Positions 37,767-42,401 of a DNA stretch of 42,401 nt are shown piece by piece. The translations under genes and the position numbers were made by a program. Below the pieces are notes generated by a model. That model did no database searches. It was not told the DNA's origin and saw only the letters and a program-made list of their open reading frames with translations. Positions within the stretch are counted from its first letter, which is position 1; every line of letters begins with the position of its first letter. Location: the NCBI GenBank assembly GCA_003221005.1, contig QHTZ01000017.1, positions 1 to 42,401 on the forward strand. Direction: 5' to 3'. Origin of the DNA: Gemmatimonadota bacterium (GTDB taxonomy: Bacteria; Gemmatimonadota; Gemmatimonadetes; Gemmatimonadales; GWC2-71-9).

Positions 37767-38635
37767 ACATCGGGGTCGTAGGGAACCCGCGGTACCCCGA
37801 CCTCAAGGATCTGCTGGCGCAGGTGGCACGGGTGGCTCCCCGCCTCGGGCTGACGCTCTTCACCGAGCAGGGCCTCGCGTCGCACTGGCCTGGGCCCGCG
37901 CCCGCCGCCTTCGACGGCTCCCGCCAGCTCGACTGCGTCATGACGTTGGGCGGCGACGGGACGCTGCTGCGGGCGGCGCGGAGCCTGAACGGCGCCAACA
38001 CGCCGATCCTCGGCGTGAACCTCGGCCGCGTCGGGTTCCTCACGACCGCCACGTCCCACACCCTCGCGTGGGCCCTCGAGGCCCTCGTCCGCAAGGCGTA
38101 TGTCACCGAGCGGCGGCTTGCGCTCCTCCCCGAAATCGTGGACCGCGAAGGCGGGAGCCGCGCCGAGCCGCTCGTCCTGAACGACGTCGTGGTTCACAAG
38201 GGCGGGGTGGCTCGAGTGGTGCACATGCGACTCGCGGTCGATGGCGAGGAAGTCGGCCAGTACTCGGCCGATGGCATCATCGTGGCGACCCCGACCGGCT
38301 CGACGGCCTACTCCCTTTCGGCCGGCGGACCGATCGTGCTCCCGACGGTGGATGGCATCATCGTCACGGCGATCTGTCCCCACACGATGGCCGTCCGCCC
38401 GATTGTGGTTCCCTCGAGCGCGGTCGTGTCGGTCGAGCCGATTCCGCCGTGGACGGAGGAGGTGCTGGTCTCGTTCGACGGTCAAGTGGGCACCACGATC
38501 CAGCCGGGCGAGCGGCTCCTCACGAAGCGGGCCGAGCGGCCGGTGCTGTTGATCCGGCTCGGCGCCGAAGGCTTCTTCGCGCGCATGCGGAAGAAGCTCC
38601 AGTGGGGCGACCTCTCCGATCGCGAGCGCAAGTAG
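37763..38635 (+). CDS. nadK: NAD kinase
   Basis: LGGDGTLL, GVNLGRVGFL, LND, DGIIVATPTGSTAYSLSAGGP. Confidence 0.96.
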   Translation: MNIGVVGNPRYPDLKDLLAQVARVAPRLGLTLFTEQGLASHWPGPAPAAFDGSRQLDCVMTLGGDGTLLRAARSLNGANTPILGVNLGRVGFLTTATSHTLAWALEALVRKAYVTERRLALLPEIVDREGGSRAEPLVLNDVVVHKGGVARVVHMRLAVDGEEVGQYSADGIIVATPTGSTAYSLSAGGPIVLPTVDGIIVTAICPHTMAVRPIVVPSSAVVSVEPIPPWTEEVLVSFDGQVGTTIQPGERLLTKRAERPVLLIRLGAEGFFARMRKKLQWGDLSDRERK

Positions 38636-40350
38636 TGCTCGCGGAGCTGCGCGTCCGCGACCTCGCCGTCATCGCCGACGTCACGCTCCCCCTGAAGTCC
38701 GGCTTGAACGTCCTCACCGGAGAGACCGGGGCGGGGAAATCCATGCTCGTGGACGCCCTCGCCCTGCTGCTCGGCGAACGAGCGTCCGTGGACGTCGTAC
38801 GCCCGGGAGCGCGGAAGACGGTCATCGAAGGCGCCTTTGAATTCTCCTCGTCCGCCCTCGCTCGCCTCGTACCGCCCCTTACCGCCCTGGGGGTGGAGGC
38901 GGAGGAGGGGATGCTCGTCCTGAAGCGCGAAATCGTCGCGGAAGGGCGGTCCCGTGCCTGGGTAAACGGCAGCGCCACGACCGTCGGGGTCCTGGCTCAG
39001 CTGGGCGCGCTGCTCGTCGACTTGCACGGGCAGCACGAGACGCAGTCGCTGCTGCGGTCGGACGTGCAGCGCGACATCCTGGATGCCTATGGCGGGGCGG
39101 AGCTGGAGTGCGGCGCCGTCCGCAACGCGCACGAGCGCTGGAAAGCGCTCGAGCAGCGCGATGGCGAGCTACGGGCACAGCAGGACGAGGTACTCCGCAA
39201 AGCCGACTATCTGCGCCACGTCGTAGGCGAGATCGGGGCGGCCGCCCCCCGCGTGGGCGAAGACGAAGCGCTGGCAGCCCAGGCGCGGCGCCTTGCGCAC
39301 GCCGAGGAGCTGGGCCGGCTGGCCCGCGAGCTGGAACAGGCACTCGACACGGCAGGGCTCGCGCGTGCCGGGAAGCTCGTCGCCGCGCTGCAGCGCGTCG
39401 ATCCGGCGGTGGGAGCGTGGCAGGAGCTGCTCGACACCGCGTTCGCCAGCGTGGAAGAGCTGGCGCGGGCGGCCCGCACTTACTCCGCGGGGATCGACGC
39501 CGATCCGACCGCGCTGACGGCGATCGAGCAGCGGCGCGACGTGCTGTTTCGGCTCACCCAGAAGTACGGCCCGACCCTCGCGGACGTGCTGGCGACGGGC
39601 GACCTGGCGGCACGCGAGCTCGAGCTCCTCGATACGGCGGACTTGGACCTCCGCAAGCTTGCGGAGGAACGGGACCAAGCGCGGGCAGACATCGCGCGCG
39701 CGTGCGCCGCCCTCACCGCAAAGCGCACCGCCGGCGCGGCACGCCTCGCCGACGCGGTGAACGCGCTACTCCCGGCGCTCGGTATGCCGGGTGGGAAGCT
39801 CTCGGTCTGCCTGCTCGCGCGCCCGACGCCCACCGCGTACGGTGCTGAGGACGTGACGTTCGAGGTCCAGCTCAACGTCGGCCTCGATCCTCGCCCGCTC
39901 GCTCGCGTCGCTTCCGGCGGTGAGTTGTCGCGCCTCATGCTCGCCCTCAAGGTAGTGCTCGCGAGCCACGACGCCGTGCCAACGCTCGCGTTTGATGAGG
40001 TGGATCAGGGGATCGGGGGCGAGGCCGGCGCGCGGGTTGGAGAGGCGCTCGCGGCGGTGGCCAGCGGGAGCGACAGGCAGGTGCTCGTGATCACCCATCT
40101 CCCGCAGATCGCCGCGTACGCCGATCATCACCTCGTGGTGGCCAAGGGTGACCGGGGCGGGGTCGCCACGAGCGACGTGCAGGTGGTGAGCGGAGATCCG
40201 CGTCGCCGTGAGCTCGCGCGCATGTTAGGGGACCCCGACATGGTGAGCGCGCTGCGCCACGCCGAGGAGCTGCTCAAAAGAGCTTCCGAGAGATCCGCAG
40301 CACCAGCCGGTACACCGTCGCGGCCGCCACCTGTCCCCCGGCGCCGCTGA
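38635..40350 (+). CDS. recN: DNA repair protein RecN
   Basis: TGETGAGKS, HGQH, ASGGELSRLMLALK, FDEVD.GIGG, ITHLPQIA. Confidence 0.97.
   Translation: MLAELRVRDLAVIADVTLPLKSGLNVLTGETGAGKSMLVDALALLLGERASVDVVRPGARKTVIEGAFEFSSSALARLVPPLTALGVEAEEGMLVLKREIVAEGRSRAWVNGSATTVGVLAQLGALLVDLHGQHETQSLLRSDVQRDILDAYGGAELECGAVRNAHERWKALEQRDGELRAQQDEVLRKADYLRHVVGEIGAAAPRVGEDEALAAQARRLAHAEELGRLARELEQALDTAGLARAGKLVAALQRVDPAVGAWQELLDTAFASVEELARAARTYSAGIDADPTALTAIEQRRDVLFRLTQKYGPTLADVLATGDLAARELELLDTADLDLRKLAEERDQARADIARACAALTAKRTAGAARLADAVNALLPALGMPGGKLSVCLLARPTPTAYGAEDVTFEVQLNVGLDPRPLARVASGGELSRLMLALKVVLASHDAVPTLAFDEVDQGIGGEAGARVGEALAAVASGSDRQVLVITHLPQIAAYADHHLVVAKGDRGGVATSDVQVVSGDPRRRELARMLGDPDMVSALRHAEELLKRASERSAAPAGTPSRPPPVPRRR
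38850..38887. repeat. Decamer array remnant (TACCGCCCCT type) in recN
   Basis: Shares the 17-mer TACCGCCCCTTACCGCC with hemW 7837-7853. Confidence 0.75.
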
Positions 40351-41842
40351 CGGTTCGTTCAACGGTGAACCCGCTCTCGACCGCCGGTCCCGTGTAGGTG
40401 AATGCGACCCCCAGGCGCAGCCAGCGCGCCGACGTGCCCTGGTCGAGCACGTTCGCGGGCGTGGGCGCGCCCAGGGCCGTTGCGATCGCGAGCGAGTCCT
40501 GCGCGGTGCGGTAACCGTATTGATCGGCGCGCTTGCTCCAATACCCGATCGTCACGCCCGCCGCGAACTGCGGCAGGAAGCGGTACAGCGGAGCGAAATC
40601 GATCGCCGCGTAGTCGCCCGGGTCCCAGTTCAACACCGTGGTCGCCTGGAAGGGGACTAGGAAAGCATCGAGCGGTGAGACGCGGCGCGCCCGGGTGCCT
40701 GGACGCTGGGTGCCGCCCCGGACGGACAGATTGAGCCACAGCCGGTGGGCAAGAGTCAGCTCTTGGGTGACCCGGCCCTCGAGGTCGAGCTGGTGGTCCG
40801 CAACGGCCGCGTCGAGCACCTCGAGCGTGGAATCGCGTGTTCCCGTCGGTAAGCGTGCCAGGACGCCGAGCGCCGCGGCGTACGTCCCACCAGCGACGAG
40901 CCGGTACTTTGCCGCGAGCTCGACGTCTCCCAGCCCCAACCGCCAGGCGTAGCGGAACGGATTGTACCCCCACCCGAAGACCGCGCCGTTCGCGCCCACC
41001 ACGCCCGGCAGGTATGCGTCGAAAGTATAGGGCGCGCTGAGCGTGTCAGCGGCCAGGAGGAAGCTGGCCGTGAAGCCCGGCACGTGAAACGTCGTCTGCA
41101 GCTGCTGCTGGACCTGTGCAACGCCGCTTGCGATCGCGATCCCTGCGCTCGAGCTGATGAGGGGCACGAACGGTGACGCCACGCCTCCGACGCCGTAGAT
41201 CATGCGCTGCAGTGCGTCGTGCAGCGTGTCTCCGCGGGTCAGCAGGGCTTGCGCCTGGGCGCACTCGGGGCTCAGCGGGCAGCCGTAATGCCCGGTCGCG
41301 ACGCTGTCGCGGAGCTGAGCCAGGGCGGTGCTGAACTGCCCGAAGAAACTCGTGTACTGCTGATCGGCGCCGCTCAGCGTCGCGCGCGGGTTCGAACCCA
41401 GGTTGGCGTTCGCTTGTGAGAGCTGCAAGGCAGCGCGCGTGGCAGTGCGGACGACCGGTACCGTTACGGCGAGCGAGAGACGACTGGTCACTCCCAATTC
41501 GACGTTCAGCGGGGTGACGCGTCGTTCCTGGTACACGGCGAGCAGGCCGTGGCCGAGCGTCGCGACGAAATCCGGGATACCGCTCGCCGTGCGCACGTCC
41601 TGCTGCAGCCGCGCGACGAGCGGGATGTGCGGGGCGCCGACTGTGTCGCCCGTGAGCGGGGCGCCGAGCGATGCGAGGCCGTTGCCGGTATAGACCCGGT
41701 CCCACGTCAGGATGCGCGGATCGAAGGTGACCCGGAGCACGCCCTGTTTCGGCGTATCGGTGCGCTCGACCGTTTGGGCCGCGACTCGGTCGAGACGGGC
41801 GAGTGCGAGCGCCGGGGCGAGCATCAGGAGCGCGGATCGCAT
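40274..41842 (-). CDS. Hypothetical outer-membrane protein (probable beta-barrel)
   Basis: Signal peptide MRSALLMLAPALALA..., LGDVELAAKYRL / RLPTG motif, alternating strands, C-terminal Phe. Confidence 0.7.
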   Translation of the reverse strand: MRSALLMLAPALALARLDRVAAQTVERTDTPKQGVLRVTFDPRILTWDRVYTGNGLASLGAPLTGDTVGAPHIPLVARLQQDVRTASGIPDFVATLGHGLLAVYQERRVTPLNVELGVTSRLSLAVTVPVVRTATRAALQLSQANANLGSNPRATLSGADQQYTSFFGQFSTALAQLRDSVATGHYGCPLSPECAQAQALLTRGDTLHDALQRMIYGVGGVASPFVPLISSSAGIAIASGVAQVQQQLQTTFHVPGFTASFLLAADTLSAPYTFDAYLPGVVGANGAVFGWGYNPFRYAWRLGLGDVELAAKYRLVAGGTYAAALGVLARLPTGTRDSTLEVLDAAVADHQLDLEGRVTQELTLAHRLWLNLSVRGGTQRPGTRARRVSPLDAFLVPFQATTVLNWDPGDYAAIDFAPLYRFLPQFAAGVTIGYWSKRADQYGYRTAQDSLAIATALGAPTPANVLDQGTSARWLRLGVAFTYTGPAVESGFTVERTVSGAGGQVAAATVYRLVLRISRKLF

Positions 41843-41865
41843 TAGCAAAACGGCACCCGCAACGC

Positions 41866-41922
41866 GGGACCTCACCCCCGTTCCCCCGCTCCGCAATGCG
41901 GAGAGGGGGTCAGGGGGAGAGG
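41866..41922. repeat. CCTCACCCC/CCCTCTCC-type palindromic element, copy 2
   Basis: gggacctcacccccgttcccccgctccgcaatgcggagagggggtcagggggagagg. Confidence 0.85.
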
Positions 41923-41949
41923 GCGCGGTTCACCGCCGGAGGTTCGCGC

Positions 41950-42401
41950 TCAGGGCACGGCGGGAATGTTCGAACCGTACTTGGCGTTGATCACCTGGAC
42001 GATGGTTTGGGCGATCAGGCGATGGGTAGCGCTGCTCGGGTGGATGCCGTCGCAGGAAAACGCCAGGCCGAACGGGCTGCCGCTCGCAGTGCCGTTACAG
42101 CTCGTGGCCGCCGTGTTGGGAAAGATCGCCACCTGATTCGGATCGGCGCGCAGCGCCGCGAGTGCGACGTTGGGATCGAGGTACGCCCAGCCCCGAGTCG
42201 TAGCGCGACTGCTGATCATCGCGTTGTAGCCCGCTACGGCCGCGTGGAGGCCGGCAAGTTCGGCGGGTTCGACGTTGTGGTTGTCCATGCAGTCCAGGGT
42301 AGCCGGGAACCCCGCCTTCGCTTGCCCGATCAGGGCGAACCCGTATGGGAAGGGGACCAGCACCGTGTCTCCGATGCCACCAGGTACCGGCGGCGGCGCG
42401 C
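41950..42401 (-). CDS. SGNH/GDSL hydrolase, C-terminal part (5' end outside window)
   Basis: YNAMI, FSCDGIHPS (block V DxxHP). Confidence 0.75.
   Translation of the reverse strand, partial: APPPVPGGIGDTVLVPFPYGFALIGQAKAGFPATLDCMDNHNVEPAELAGLHAAVAGYNAMISSRATTRGWAYLDPNVALAALRADPNQVAIFPNTAATSCNGTASGSPFGLAFSCDGIHPSSATHRLIAQTIVQVINAKYGSNIPAVP

Noticed and set aside
40274-40350. 77-bp convergent overlap of recN and the minus-strand gene
   Set aside because: Stop-poor GC-rich tail of recN; common and uninformative.

Overview
GC-rich bacterial chromosome segment, probably Gemmatimonadota (inferred from gene order and composition, not from a search). It is almost entirely one + strand housekeeping cluster: obg, dprA, hemW, hrcA, dnaJ, rpsU, mutS2, dnaG, recJ, coaD, pta, an Rsb partner-switch module, rsmA, rex, arcA, infC-rpmI-rplT-pheST, zapA, rny, folD, xseAB, ispA, dxs, nadK and recN. 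Minus-strand outer-membrane or secreted protein genes sit at both ends. The unusual content is a layer of short repeat elements on top of these genes. (1) A four-helix-bundle gene (TIGR02436 / 23S-IVS / Avd-like) is enclosed by inverted arrays of a 7-bp unit (GGAACGC). At least five protein-free inverted heptamer-array hairpins (GGAATGC or GGGATGC) lie between genes or in frame inside asparaginase II, dnaG and rsmA, and the GGAATGC arms consistently have five cores. (2) An IS200-type Y1 (HUH) transposase is flanked by REP-like palindromes that also occur in hemW, in the CMD gene and after infC. (3) Further 8-, 9- and 10-bp tandem-unit families and a CCCTCTCC-type palindrome are present. Other features: a perfect Rex operator overlapping the rex start codon, an L20-leader-like RNA with a non-canonical infC start, a frameshifting deletion in xseA and a probable in-frame deletion in hrcA. 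All calls come from reading the sequence; no database searches were run.
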